A model generated the notes under the pieces. It did not search any database, was not told the origin of the DNA, and saw only the letters and a program-made list of their open reading frames with translations. This document shows, one piece after another, positions 36,473 through 49,797 of a stretch of DNA of 64,000 nucleotides. This DNA comes from Fistulifera solaris. Lineage: Eukaryota. Numbering within the stretch: the stretch's first letter is position 1; each line of letters begins with the position of its first letter. Made by a program: the position numbers and the translations under genes. The DNA lies in contig AP026125.1 of the NCBI GenBank assembly GCA_030295235.1, positions 1,736,001 to 1,800,000 on the forward strand. Reading direction: 5' to 3'.

Positions 36473-36889
36473 GTAAATGAATAGGTGAACATGAGTAGAA
36501 CAACTGCCACCGAAACATTCATGACGGAGAGATGATTTATAACGTTCTCATGCCACCAAGCATACGAGAAAATCATATATGCGACGAACGATTGGAACCG
36601 AAAGATTTGAAGTGAAACGTATCTTGATATGATAGACTAATAGAATTGATCGCAAGTCAACAATACAAATAAACGAAAAGCATTTGCGTTGCAACGGTGA
36701 GTACCGCATGCAAGCTTGTATACAAAATGCTGTACAAAGCCGTCTGTCATCCGCACCTTTGCGTCGTTTGCGCTGCTGATAAAAAGTTGCGAGAAACGCC
36801 GATTATTGTGTTTCAAGCATTTACAATCGCCTCCATTTCATTCACACAATCGTTTTAATTATCGTTTCCCTATCAGATTTCCTTGCAAA

Positions 36890-37292
36890 ATGACGGATAT
36901 GTACGACGACCCAAAAGTCTTTGAGGGAAAGTTAAATGCCTATCAACACGAAGACCGCGGTGTGGAGGTAAGGTGCTTTTCTGCTTTCTGTTTTTGCACG
37001 TGGCAATGTAGAAGCATTGCAACCCGCATTTCGTATAGATTGATCTTAATTTTTGTCTTTCACAGAGAGGACGTGCCAAAGATCCCGTGGCGTTTTTACA
37101 GTCCGTAGAGCAACGGGCTCGTGAACGTCAAGTCGCTTACGAAACCGTCAAATTATTGCGTCAGAGGGTCATTCATTGCTACCGAAAGGAGGGAGTGAAC
37201 CACTATGAGAAATGTAAAAGGAGGCTCAGGATTTGTACAATGTCATTTCCCAGAAAGATCTAGGTCAACTTCAGCCGAATCAGACGAGCTAA
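36890..37292 (+). CDS. NDUFB10: NADH:ubiquinone oxidoreductase subunit NDUFB10 (PDSW), 2 exons; not shown as a full ORF in the track
   Basis: After a GT-AG intron at about 36968-37064 the frame reads 'ERQVAYETVKLLRQRVIHCYRKEGVNHYEKC', the CY-x2-EGVNH-x3-C signature. Confidence 0.82.
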
Positions 37293-38052
37293 TTGGATTG
37301 TGTAAGAGAGATGCAAATCCAACTAATGAGACGAGATTTGTAAATGCAAATTACTACGACCATCAGACAATAAAATTAATCGAATTTTTCCCGTTTGATT
37401 ACCTCTCGTTGCTCCACCGCCAAAGAACTCAACCGAATCCTTCAATACGAAGGAGGCGTTATACGCTATACACTTTAGCACGCGTCTGTGACCTCAAAAC
37501 ACCGTAAATATCCTCTAGATAATAAGTGAAATTTGCTCTTCCAGTGATCTAACTTGCTCAAAATATAGGAGTACTGTCTCACAAAAGAGACGGAGTAGCA
37601 AAGTGCTTGAAATCAAGGTTTTAAAACGCAAAAGAAATCTATCCTACTCATCATTCATTTTTCTTTACATACATTCGTTATCTCAATTGAGAGCGCATGA
37701 ATTATTTGGACCCCATTGTCCTAGTCCTCGCCTAGACTGTAATTTACGCGAAAACATTATAACATTTAACTGTAACTTCTTAGATCAATGACAATAATGA
37801 CCTGTGAATCGTACGAGTCACGAGAGGATCGTCATCAAATGGTGGGACGGTGGGACCCGTCATCAGCGAACGCTATCTCTAATAAATTAAATGCAAGTAC
37901 AATAATTTTGACATTCCGTTGCAACTTGCAACTGCAACACAGAAAACGGAAGGCAAAAAAGCGTCCTCAAAAATGAGTGGTGTCAACAATTTCATTTCCT
38001 GCCCACAACACTTGCAATCAACGTATAATTGAAAACACAAAACCTTTGAAAC

Positions 38053-40117
38053 ATGGTCGACAGTCGATTCCATTACGACGACCGTCTACTCGAAGAATGC
38101 AGCAAGTCGGCGCTTGCAGATTTTGTTTTCGAAAGAAAAACGACCAATCATCGGGCCGTCCAGTTGGATCGAAGCTGCGTCGCTCTGTACACACAGCACG
38201 CAGCTCATTACACTCTCCACGATGGTAAAGTCATTGATACGCATCTTCGTCGGAACGGCGAACAAGGATACGAGATTAGCGACTCGATGCGCAACTTTGT
38301 TCGCAATGTAGTGTTCGTTCATGAACACAACCAACAATCGGAAAACGGTTTCACAGTAGCGTTGAATCGGTTTGCTCACTTGGATCTAAACTCGGTGCTC
38401 GCTAGTGAAAGCGAAACGGATCTTCATCAGCGTTATCTCCGGACCCGGGACGACGGTCGGAGTCAGAACCAAACCAGCTCTTTTGACAATTCAGATAAGG
38501 TATTTGAAGAACTGAGCGAGCAAAGAATTCACCAAATAGCGGCAGATATGGCGATCGGTCATGGCGCCTACAACAAAATGAATCCGAAAAAGCATAAGAA
38601 AGAGAAAAGCTACTACAAAGACTTACCCGACGTGGCTATAGAAATGCCGATGAACAACCAAGATCCCTTTGAAGCCACGTACGCCAAAAACGGCGATGGA
38701 AATGGAGCACTCTATTCATTACGCAGCAACCCAAACGCAGTATATCGGAAGTCTAGTAATTCACAGACGGTGTCGGATGCCAACAAAAATAACGACTTTT
38801 CAACTTACTTAAATTGGGCTACAGATGAAAACCCAGGTACGTTTTTCTGCATGAGATCTGCCGTTGATCTATCCAAAACGAGCGTCTCGAACTCATTGAA
38901 ATGAGCATTTGTCATTCTTTGTTCTTTTTCAACTTAGATGGTGTACCCATTGTACATGATGCATTTGACCAGGTAAGCACATGAGTGGGTTCAGCGCTAC
39001 TATGCTGTTTGAGAATGACTGGATCTAATAACGAAACTTTAAAAGGGCGCTTGTGGGTCTTGCTGGGCGTTCGCAGCTGCTGGCTCGCTCGAAGCCAGTG
39101 CAGCTCGGCATGAAGCCTCTCTAAGTTTCCAGGATTCAACTCACGGCTACCACAACATTTCGGATGAAATACAGCAAGAGGCAATCGCTCGTGCACAGTC
39201 GGTGGAAATGGAGGCATTCCAGTCATTGAATCTTTCAATTCAAGAACTTCTTGACTGTGATACAGCTGCTGACCAAGGTTGTACAGGAGGAAATCCTCTC
39301 TTGGCGTTCTACTTTATACACCGATACGGGCTCGCGAGTTGGGAGGACTACCCGTACACTGGATCCGAGGACACTTGCAAGAAACAAAGAGTTCGTAAGC
39401 CAGTTGCGTCGGTCAGATCTTGGGGAGTTATTTCTCCAAATCATGAGAGGCATATGGAACTGGCACTTCGATACATCGGGCCTATTGCTGTTGGTATAAA
39501 TGGAGGCGATCATTCCTTTTTGACGTACAGTGGAGGGATTTTTGACTCACTTAGGTGTAAACAAGGTGCGAACCATGCATTATTGATTGTTGGGTATGGA
39601 GAAGATGCAGATAATCGTTGGTGGATAGCTAGAAACTCATGGGGAAAAGGCTGGGGAGAAAACGGATTTGTACGTGTCGCGCGCCGAGATGGTTCTAACG
39701 GACTTCCCGGTGTTTGTGGCATCGCAAGAAGCCCAAGTGTGGTAAGTCATGAACTGTTCGATAATTGGGACTTTTAGGGCCCATCTAACATAGTTTGAAC
39801 AGGCTCTTGGTGGCTTTCTTCTCGAGCGAGAGGGCATTTTAAATATCTTGTCGCATTCAGATTTTTCTCGAGGATCAGTTGAAACGCTTCAGTTCTCTCC
39901 TTTTGAAAGAATGTGTCAGGTGTTTAGAATGTCACTCGAGGGCAAATGTGGAAGTGTTGCTAATTGGATCGATTATCATCATGCCTATGTTGTGGGGTTT
40001 TTAGGGATACTTCTTGCATTTTTGTCTATCTGGCCCTTGTCTAGCAATTGGAGAAGGAAACGGAGACTTCAGCGACTACGGAAGGATCGTCAGGATACTG
40101 AGTCGAGTAAAAGATGA
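38053..40117 (+). CDS. Papain-family (C1A) cysteine protease with C-terminal TM; multi-exon
   Basis: Catalytic Cys in 'CGSCWAFAAAGSLEAS' (about 39050-39100), 'SIQELLDCD', 'NHALLIVGYG' and 'WIARNSWG'. I29-like prodomain 'FTVALNRFAHL'. Confidence 0.9.
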
Positions 40118-40974
40118 CTGGATCGCCGATCCAAAATGCGGATGAGACTACTGCTTTGTTGTCGTGAGATTAGATAAAAAAAAGGGCGGACGATGGAGAC
40201 TAGAAGTCTCTTTCCCAACAGGTACAATGTAATCGCCAACAAGCCATAGAATCGCTTGATTTGTATTTTCTTGTGCCACTTATCATTGAGAGGTCGTTAG
40301 TCGTTGTCACCAATAATTAATCACCATAGCTATTATTGAGATTTTAGATTCATGGCTTGCCATAGGCCATAGGCATCAGCACCGTCCAAAACACGAACCG
40401 ATAAACAATGTCTGTGGAGTGTGTGATGCACAAATACTCGAGTACGGAGTTTTCTTTCTCCGAGATGCTACCAGTATGTTCTCATGATTGCATAGTCAAC
40501 GGCTGTCATACTTCATCATAAGATCGAATAGACTAACGTATGGCACCAGAAATTGTGCTCTGCCGTGCTTCATCTCGTTTCAGCGAAGAATCTGAATGTG
40601 ACGCGCAGAGTGGCACACGTTTCATGTGTAGGTCTGAAAGAGAAATTAACCCTCTAAGTATTTAGTACTTTTGCTCCTTGCTGCAGACCGGAGACTAGGC
40701 ATAATGAGTACACCTTCTGGAAAAGATCGGAAGCAAGAAAAACTGCGAAAATGCCACCTCGTCGTCGTCGTCGTCGTCGCCTCCCTCCCTCTCCTCTCTT
40801 CGCGCTATTTCGGTTTCGTTTCTCGTGGCCTACCGAAAGGGAAAATCACGACCTCTACGCCACTGCAAAAAAAGGCACAACTGAAATGTTTCTCCGTTCG
40901 CCGGTGATCAAATCGATCATTTTGAGAAATTTTCTATCGCGCTTGAATTTTATCTGACGGTATTGACAAGTGCA

Positions 40975-41950
40975 ATGGCGGAATCGGTATCGGTACATGA
41001 CAAGGTGAATAAAATCAATGACTCGGAATCGGAGACTCAATCGGACGGCTATCAGGGGACTTCCGACGAGGAAGACACCAATCAAGCGGACGATAATGAC
41101 GAAAAGAAGAAGCGCCCTGATCAAGGCAGGTCACAGACGCCACAACGTCGTAAGTCTAACAAGAAGAGAGCCAGAGATGAGCCTGAGGAAGAAGAGGCGG
41201 ACGAAGGAATGAAGCGAAACGAACGTCGTGCTGCCAATCGACTTTCAGCCTTTCAGTCTCGGCAACGACGAAAGTCTATCATTTCTGATTTACAGGTAGG
41301 TTGCATCTGTATTACCTTGCGAAAGTATACCCATACTAATCACTCGGCTTGCTTCAATGTAGAAAACTGTTGCTCAACTGTCCAGAGATGGTGACGATCA
41401 ACGAAAGAAGAATCGGGAAAGGACAGAAGAATTGGAGAAACTCCGCAAGGAAAATGAGCTCCTTCGTTCTCAACTTCTTGGAGCAGAAGGGGATAGTGTG
41501 CAGGCCACTGCTGGGTCCCAGAAGTTGGACGTGGCGTCCTTAGTGCCAGGATTGAACTTTCCAACGGGAAGCAGCGCCCATACACAGGACCCTCTACTGT
41601 TAAGCAATGCGCTCTCTTCCATCGACTTGTTGAATTCGGGTAACGCGAGAGCTCATCTTTTGGCGGGACAACTCCCCGATCAGCTTCGTCAGCAATATTT
41701 GGCATTGCAGCAGGTCGCAGGTGCAGCTAGCGCACCTGTCAGTACTCAGGATCAAATGATCGGGGTTCTCGCACTTCTCTCCCAGATTGGGGCTGCACCA
41801 AGCTCGAATGCAAATGTGGGCCAATTTGGGAGCTCTTTCCCTTCAGTCATCCGTAATCAACCCTATCAGCCACAAGCTCAAGTCGATCCAGCGCAAATAC
41901 AACATCTGCTTGAGTTACTGCGCCAGTCAAATGATGGAAACATAAGATAA
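40975..41950 (+). CDS. bZIP transcription factor, 2 exons
   Basis: Basic region 'ERRAANRLSAFQSRQRRK', intron at about 41296-41362, then zipper 'LEKLRKENELLRSQL'. Confidence 0.88.
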
Positions 41951-42250
41951 GAGTAATTTGATGTAACTACGCGGAAATCACACTGAATTCGATTTATTTT
42001 CTATATTGTTTCACAGTATTCAAAGCTGTTAGACTTGGGCAAAGGGCAAAGGTAAAAAGCCGATTAGACTTGGGCAAAGGGAGAAAGCCGACGATACCAG
42101 GTTGACTGTAAATGGTGTTCTCGTCTTATCGGTACTCTTCAGTCGCCGCTATAAAACTCCGTAATACCCCGGAGTATTTGATTTTGAGCTTGTGTTGCAT
42201 CGTTGAGCTTATCTGTATCGTAAACTTTTATTTGATTCGCAGTCGTTGAT

Positions 42251-42511
42251 ATGAGCGACTTGGTGACGCCCGAAATATTGACGTCGACGGACGTAGAAGT
42301 CAGCACGGAAGACGAAATGCACAAGTTACGAACCGAATGTTCCGTGATGGTCAAGTACTTGAAGCACTTGGAGAGGAAGGAGGCTGAATTAGTTTTGCAA
42401 AACGAAATCTTGGCCCGTGAAGCAGTCGTTAACGGCTTTGATATATCAGCTTTGGAACCAGCTGCACTTAAACGACGAAAAACGATTCAAAAGAAACACG
42501 AGGACGCTTGA
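42251..42511 (+). CDS. Small coiled-coil hypothetical protein
   Basis: 86-aa ORF with heptad-like 'YLKHLERKEAELVLQNEILAREA'. Confidence 0.5.
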   Translation: MSDLVTPEILTSTDVEVSTEDEMHKLRTECSVMVKYLKHLERKEAELVLQNEILAREAVVNGFDISALEPAALKRRKTIQKKHEDA

Positions 42512-42683
42512 GTTTGTATACAAGAAACACATTTGAAAGACTTCATGGAAAAGGCGATACCTGGATGCCCCTAATGTGATTTACACCGGATCTACAGATC
42601 ATCTTCTAACTTCGTTAGGGATTGGCATCAAACAAGGGCTCCAGGTGAACAATTCAATCCTAAAGTTTATTCGTCTAGACATA

Positions 42684-43335
42684 TTAAAAGGGCCCGACCA
42701 TAAGGTCAGCTCCATTACTAATGAATGGTATTTGATCTGGTCTCTTGCCGCGCAGATTGCTGTAGATGCTGTATACGACCAGCGACATGTAACCGATCCA
42801 CACAAAATTCATGGACGATGCCACCAGTGCTCTCGGAAGTGGTTCTCCGGCGAACGAACTGCCAATGAGCTCGGGGAAAATGAGAGCTAAATCGATGAGA
42901 GCAGCTTGTTGAGCATTGAAGCGGACGTTGCGATTCATGTCAACGTTGAAACGAGTTCCCAAAGTAAAAGCCGTAAACAGAATGAGACTCAGAAAGGGAA
43001 GTTGTCGATTTATCGTAACGAATGGACCCAGGAGAAAGTCATCAACGGCACCCAATGGTGGGATGCTGTTATAAATGAATCGCCCAAAATGATCTCCATC
43101 GATCAGGGGGAAGCATGTAAGGGATGCATGATTTGACGCGGTCGATACCTTGTATTTCATCGTCGCTACTCCACATAGAAAGACGAGACGAGGACGTTCT
43201 GCATCTTAAGTTCGGGGAAGAGTCTGTAAGAATCCGAGTTAATGAATTTGTTGAAATTGAGAACCCCGACGCAGTGCGAAGGAACGAAAGTGTAACAATG
43301 CTGGCAAGAAGAATGTTCGGTTGAAATCGACGCAT
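42684..43335 (-). CDS. TIC20: Tic20/Ycf60-family plastid protein import component
   Basis: 'DRVKSCIPYMLPLIDG', 'RNVRFNAQQAALIDL' and 'GKRPDQIPFIS'. Presequence ...TASG-F; one frameshift near 43110. Confidence 0.85.
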
Positions 43336-43954
43336 TCTCTCTGTATTCTATATTAAATTCCGCTTTGTTCCCTGAATAAATTTCGCTTCCCTAACACGCG
43401 AATGGGCAGTCGATGAAGACAAGATGAATGTCAGAAAATAGATTTGCAAATACAAGTATAATAAAGTTCGCTTGTTTCATGAACTCGTTTTGTTGCGTGA
43501 GCTACCTACAGGTGTAAAAAGAAGAAAAACGCGAAACGCGTCGATCTTCAACATGCCTCTGTTCTGAACCTTATCCTTCGTCCTTTTCGACCGATCGCCG
43601 ATCGCTGAAAAGCAGACCGTTACATGGAACATGGAGTGTACGAGGTACCAGTAGTGTACGCAGAAAACGTACAGGTACTTGTTACATTTCAAGTCAGAGT
43701 GATTTGACGCAGAGGTGCAATCCGAACCGTGAGTCGTCTGGGAGTTCTCTGAGTTCTGAAATTTTCCTTGCTCGTTCACGCTTACACGACAATCTGCCTG
43801 GCATTCGCCAAACGGTCAAAATCAGCTCAGCGACATTATTTGCCTTCCTTTTAATTGGCATTGGAACAAATCATCAAAAGCGAATCGTTTTATCAATTCT
43901 CTTTTGCATTATTTCACTTGCAGAATACTCTGAGAGAGTTGTTGAGAAGTTACG

Positions 43955-44973
43955 ATGCGATTTCTGTTGTTATGTAGCTTGATTGCCTCTATTTTGACGG
44001 GTTGTGTCGGTCAGCTCGTCGAAGAAGAAAGGGTTCTGGAGTATCACAAACGAAACTACACATGGCCGCTGCAAAAATACGTTCCCGACACTCCCGGCTG
44101 GCGACAACTAATGGAAGAGCGTTTTGAGCAAATCGCTCGCCTCAAAACAAGCGGTGCCCGTTACGAAGCATACTATCAAACCGTCCGATCCTCTCTGTTG
44201 GCCCCCAATTTTACCGAACACGGCTTTGGTCTAGCACGCTGCCCCGAGGGCCTTCTCCAAGCTCTTCGTCAAGGGATTTACGATGGACTTCCCAATGTTC
44301 GTTTGGAGGAAAAACAGGACGTCATTACTGGCCCCGTTCCGTGGATGATTGACCGTCCGGATTTGACCGCACGAGTGCTCCGTGAATTGCACCCGTACGC
44401 CGAAGAGTGGGTCGGTATGGAGTTGACAGCGCATCAAGCTTATGGTTTCCGTCTTTATCGCAATGAGAGTAACTTGTATATGCACGTGGATCGAATGCAA
44501 ACGCACATTGTGAGCTTCATTTTGCACATTGCCTCGTCGGATGACGCGGAACCTTGGCCGATTTTCATTGAAGATTTCAACGGACGTACCCATGAGGTCA
44601 TCTTGACACCCGGAGATATTCTGTTTTACGAGAGTTCCAAGTGCTTTCATGGACGTCCGCGCAAGTTCCACGGCACTTGGTACACGAGTGTTTTCGTCCA
44701 TTACTATCCCAAGCACGGTTGGACCGAAATAGACCATCGAATGGAGGGGCATTACGCTGTGCCTCCTATCTGGACCCAAGACAATTACACGCCTTCAGAT
44801 CTCCCTGTACTTGAGATGATGGGAACAAGTATGAGAGAGCCGTACTGTCCCGATGAATGGTGCCGAGTGAAGGATACAGTCAAGTGGTCGGGACCGGGTG
44901 TGGATGGATATTGGATCGATCCGACTCAAAAATGCATGTCTTCAATCCTCGTCGTGTGAGCGATGAATTGTAA
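43955..44973 (+). CDS. Secreted 2OG-Fe(II) oxygenase (prolyl-hydroxylase-like)
   Basis: Signal peptide, 'YGFRLY', HxD 'MHVD', and distal His/Arg 'CFHGRP'. Confidence 0.8.
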
Positions 44974-45921
44974 CAAAAGTCGGGGAAGAAAGGAGAAACA
45001 GTAAATAGAAACAATATCCGACAGTTAAATAATCAGCTGTTTATACGAACATCTGAATGATTGTCAATGTCATTTGCCATCCTTTTCATGATCGACGTGA
45101 CATGTCATTTTCATCTTTTGTTCATTAATTGTTGATTAGCTTCACCACCTTTGGTTGAAATCTGCCATTCCTCTTTGTCCTTCCGTGATGGTTGACTTGT
45201 TTCTTCCCAACGACTCCATAAAAAGTTCAAGTCAAATTCCCCTTTACGAAAACCCTCTTTTGCACTCTCTTTCGACGCTCCTTATCATGAAGTGGACAAG
45301 CAAACTTTCGTTCACCGTCCACGATGGGCATGTATCCTTTCTTGCACGGGGTGAATGGGAGCGTTTCACCATTCCCAAATCGAATGGCCGCATCGCGAAT
45401 TGCTCGACCTGTAGGTGTATATCAAACAACGCAATGATATGAGAAGGACCTAGAAAAGCATACCTATGAATAGAAGTATCGCGGCTGTCACTTGCCTTGT
45501 GGTGTCATATTGGCCGCACTGGATTGTGTGTAATGCGCTCCCCGTAAAGGTCGCCTGGCGCAGTAAAAGACAGAGGTTAAGTGTTTGTGAAAGATGGCTT
45601 CATGCTGCTTCGCCACTCATGTCGATCGTACCTCGATCTGTCGGATATCCGCAAACATGTCCCCAAGGAACGCTCTCGGTGACACTCGCCTGAATCAAGT
45701 ATCATTCACTGGGTAAGATACCACAGTCGTTGCGAAACGCACTTATGTCGCCGGGCTTGGGTCGATGACAATCTTGCTTGCTTTGCAACTGAAGCACGTC
45801 CGACAAGAGCTTTCGCTTGTGTGTAAGACGTTGCGATGTTCGTCGTGGTTCCATTTTCGATTGAAATGAGAGGAGGGACATCAAAAATTCGTTTCGATTG
45901 GATCGAAGACACGCCTACATT

Positions 45922-46345
45922 AAAAAAATGCGAGAAGCGACCAGCATGCATCTAGAACGAGTGAATACGACCTCTGCATTGCCAATGCGTTTCTACATTT
46001 TAATGAAAATTAATTGAGCCCTACGAAGCTAAAAAAAAGGACGAAATTCGTGCAAATGGGCTTTCGTGTAGACTTTAGAATAATGTTCATGACTGAAATG
46101 ATGCTGTCGTGGTTCCCGTAAACCAACACTTTGGCCTACAGTAAAAAAATGCGAGAAGCGACCAGCATGCATCTAGAACGAGTGAATACGAACTCTGCAT
46201 TGCCAATGCGTTTCTACATTTTAATGAAAATTAATTGAGCCCTACGAAGCTAAAAAAGGACGAAATTCGTGCAAATGGGCTTTCGTGTAGACTTTAGAAT
46301 AATGTTCATGACTGAAATGATGCTGTCGTGGTTCCCGTAAACCAA
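45922..46345. repeat. Near-perfect tandem duplication with about 222-bp period, abutting array 2
   Basis: AAAAAATGCGAGAAGCGACC...GTTCCCGTAAACCAA at about 45922-46126 and 46144-46345. Confidence 0.92.
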
Positions 46346-47375
46346 TTATTCCAGAATTTCTGGAATTTGCACTTTCTTTCGTTTTCCCAAAACAAACTTT
46401 CCAAGTTTTCGGGACCGCGCTCTTTCGTTCGCTATGTTCCAAAGCACAATTTCCCGAACTTGCTGGAACGCTCACAGCGCTTCGGTCGGATCGAAGACAC
46501 TGGTCCAGAATTTCTGGAACACCACAAAATTTTGTATGATCAGATATATAGCATTTTCAGAATTTCTGGAATTTGCTTTTTCTTTCGTTGTGATCCCAAA
46601 ACACAAATCACACTTTCCAAGTTTTCGGGACCGCGCTCTTTCGTTCGCTATGTTCCAAAGCACAATTTCCCGAACTTGCTGGAACGCTCACAGCGCTTCG
46701 GTCGGATCGAAGACACTGGTCCAGAATTTCTGGAACACCACAAAATTTTTGTATGATCAGATATATAGCATTTTCAGAATTTCTGGAATTTGCACTTTCT
46801 TTCGTTGTGACCCCAAAACACAAATCACACTTTCCAAGTTTTCGGGACCGCGCTCTTTCGTTCGCTATGTTCCAAAGCACAATTTCCCAAATTTTCTGGA
46901 ACGCTCACAGCGCTTCGGTCGGATCGAAGACACTGGTCCAGAATTTCTGGAACACCACAAAATTTTGCATGATCAGATATATAGCAATTCCAGAATTTCT
47001 GGAATTTGCACTTTCTTTCGTTGTGATCCCAAAACACACTTTTCAACTTTTCGGGATCGCCCACTTTCGTTCGCTATGAGATCCAAAGTCCAAAGCACAA
47101 TTTCCCAAATTTTCTGGAACGCTCACAGCGCTTCGGTCGGATCGAAGACACTGGTCCAGAATCTCTGGACCACAACAGAATTTCTGTAAGAGCATAAATA
47201 AATATTCCAGAATTTCTGGAATTTGCTTTCTCTTTCGTTTGATCATTGTTATCATCAAAACACCGTCTCCAGAATTTTTGGAACGTGCACAGCGTTTCGG
47301 CAAAATCAAAAACATTGGTCCAGAGGTTTCTACACCACCATAGAATTTCTGTATGATTTTATTACTCCGTATAAC
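46346..47375. repeat. Tandem array 2: about 4.7 units of about 204-218 bp, homologous to array 1 in opposite orientation
   Basis: Marker TT(C/T)CAGAATTTCTGGAATTTGC at about 46349, 46554, 46771, 46988 and 47205. Shares CTTTCTTTCGTTGTGATC and CGGTCGGA with the reverse complement of array 1. Confidence 0.93.
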
Positions 47376-47701
47376 GTGAATAGTTTTGGGGGTGTACTAA
47401 AACTCTCGCGCACAAATTTCTGACCCTCCCATAAAATCTGGGAGTGTTGTGTTTTCAAGGCTCCAGAAAATCTGGGTGAGTGGTGTTTTACTCGCCCAGA
47501 AAATGTGGGAGTGTGGAGTTTTTTCTTTTCCTGCCTTTATTGCGAATAAAACGAGGTTACTTTTTTATACTCCGTATATAAAAAAAATTTTGTTCGCTTT
47601 TTTTGCATTTTCCAAAATTGTGACGGCATCAAACAACAGTAATTCAATGATACGAAGCAATAATATTTGAGTCTAGTCGCCAATCAGCAGCACTTCAGTA
47701 T

Positions 47702-49741
47702 GTGGAACTTGGCAATTCGAGAAGATCCTGCGCGTATGCTGCGAAAGGATGCGGGTCTTCACTCGACGAGAATTGTGTCGGCATCGTGTGACCTTTCCGA
47801 CTTGTTTTCGTCGGTGCACGGGAGCCAGCTAGTTTGGGCAGCTTTTTTGGAAGGCGGCAAAACAGCGAGAACGGCATTAGCCGATTTTGTAGCAAGAAGA
47901 CTGGGGGAACGAACGACAGCTGCGAGTGAGTGTGGAATGTATATAATACGGTGGGCGCTTTGGAGTGCCACGATGTCGACCATGAAGAAAGCTGGAGAGC
48001 GGGGACGGCAAGCGAACGCATCATCGGTTGTACCTTTCATTTTAGAGAGAACTGATATTCGGTGTACATCCAAGAATGAATTGCATATTGGGCTTCGTTT
48101 GTTTTTGCACGCGAAAGACGAAGCCATGGAGATCGATAAGAATGGCGAGGACTTGGAGTTGCATTTACGAAATGCTACTGGCAATTACCTTTCCCAATTA
48201 TTCGCAACACAAGAATTTACGAAGGAAATGATGAATCACGTTGCTACGGCTGTCTTACAAGACCGTCTTCGTGAACAGTTGAAAGTAAAAAGGCTGTCGC
48301 TTTTGTTGCAAACGGAGCCATTTTGCCTCGCAAGAGTGGAGCTAGTCATGCCCCCATGGCCAGTCCTCCCGCTGTCCCTTTTGATGCCCCTCCAGATAGT
48401 AAAATGAATGGCACTTTGGAGGTTTCCTTGGTACGATTGCGACCTTTTCTGTGCGCCGAAATACCGGAATCTTCTTTGACGTCTGATGATGATGCTAGTA
48501 CTATCCGCTTGAGTGGTTTACTCGTCCCGGAAGGTATTTCGTTAATCGTTGGTGGAGGGTATCATGGCAAATCAACATTGTTACGAACCATTGCCTGTGG
48601 AGTGTACAACAAAATACCGGGGGATGGAAGAGAGTTCTCGGTCACTGTCACGGACGCTGTGACCGTACGTGCGGAAGATGGGCGCTATGTGAACAACTGC
48701 AACATTAGTGCGTTCATTTCCAATCTTCCGACATTGCCCGGTGCGTCCGAAGCGGTTGACACAACGCGGTTCTCGACCAATGAAGCGTCTGGATCGACCA
48801 GTCAAGCCGCCAATGTGGTAGAAGCGATCGAAATGGGATGTTCGGCCTTATTGGTGGACGAAGATGTTTCAGCAGCCAACTTTATGGCGCGAGACGGTCG
48901 GATGCGCTCGCTGGTCATGGATGAAAGTATCACGCCGTTACTGTATCGTGTGAATGGTTTGTATGCGAGTCACGGTATTTCTTCGATTGTTGTAGTCGGT
49001 GGTGTTGGTGATTGGTTAGATGTTCCGGATGCGGTTATCTTGATGGACAAGTACACATGCCGAGATGCCACAGAAAAAGCACGATCTGTGAGTCGGCAGT
49101 TTTCACATGGTCACGTTCAATATGGAGGTCGTGGTGTTGTTCATCGACTAAGTTGGGAAAAGACAGGCACGCCCATTCCACGACGACCGACATTTCATTT
49201 CTTAAAAACGATCGGTCATGATCAGACAGGAGTGGCACTGATTGAAGGTGGTCATGCGTTTTCCTTATACCACTCTCATGAATCCAGTTTGGAGCATCAC
49301 TACCACGACGACAATGATGAAGATCGCTTGGTAGATATGTCCAAATGTGAACAACTCATGGGAAAGAAATCGCAACTGTATGGCTGCGGACTTTGCTTAG
49401 TGTGGTTACTGGAAGAATCTAGCAGACATCCGGAGATAGGATTGAAGGCACTTTTGGAAAAGATGGACACATGCATAGACGAGACGGATTTTGCTAGTGT
49501 AGTGCTCGGTGATGACACACGCAGTGCATCGCTTCGTCGTGATACACTGCTGGCGTCCATCGGTCACGCCTTTCGTCCCCGGAGATTCGAAGTAGGTCAA
49601 GCTCTTACACGATTAAGAGGCATTGAACTTGAAAACACACCTGTTGACGATGAGGATGAAGAAGAGAAGGCACGCTTGGTCGAAGAAGAACGCAAGAAAA
49701 AAGAGTTGTTGGACCTTTGGAATGCACGTCGTAAAAAGTGA
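47702..49741 (+). CDS. Predicted ATPase of the ABC class (ABC_ATPase/MRB1590-like); start uncertain, one frameshift
   Basis: Walker A 'GGGYHGKSTLL', 'RAEDGR', 'ASGSTSQAANVVEAIE' and Walker B 'LLVDEDVSAANFMARDGRM'. Confidence 0.88.
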
Positions 49742-49797
49742 AACATGTGCATGCGTTTTTTCGATTTATTTAAAACAACTTCAAATAAAGAATACTA

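Noticed and set aside
46328..47423. ORFs within array 2, and repeat-derived ORFs at 52652-52930
   Set aside because: Translations of non-coding tandem repeats without protein-like features.
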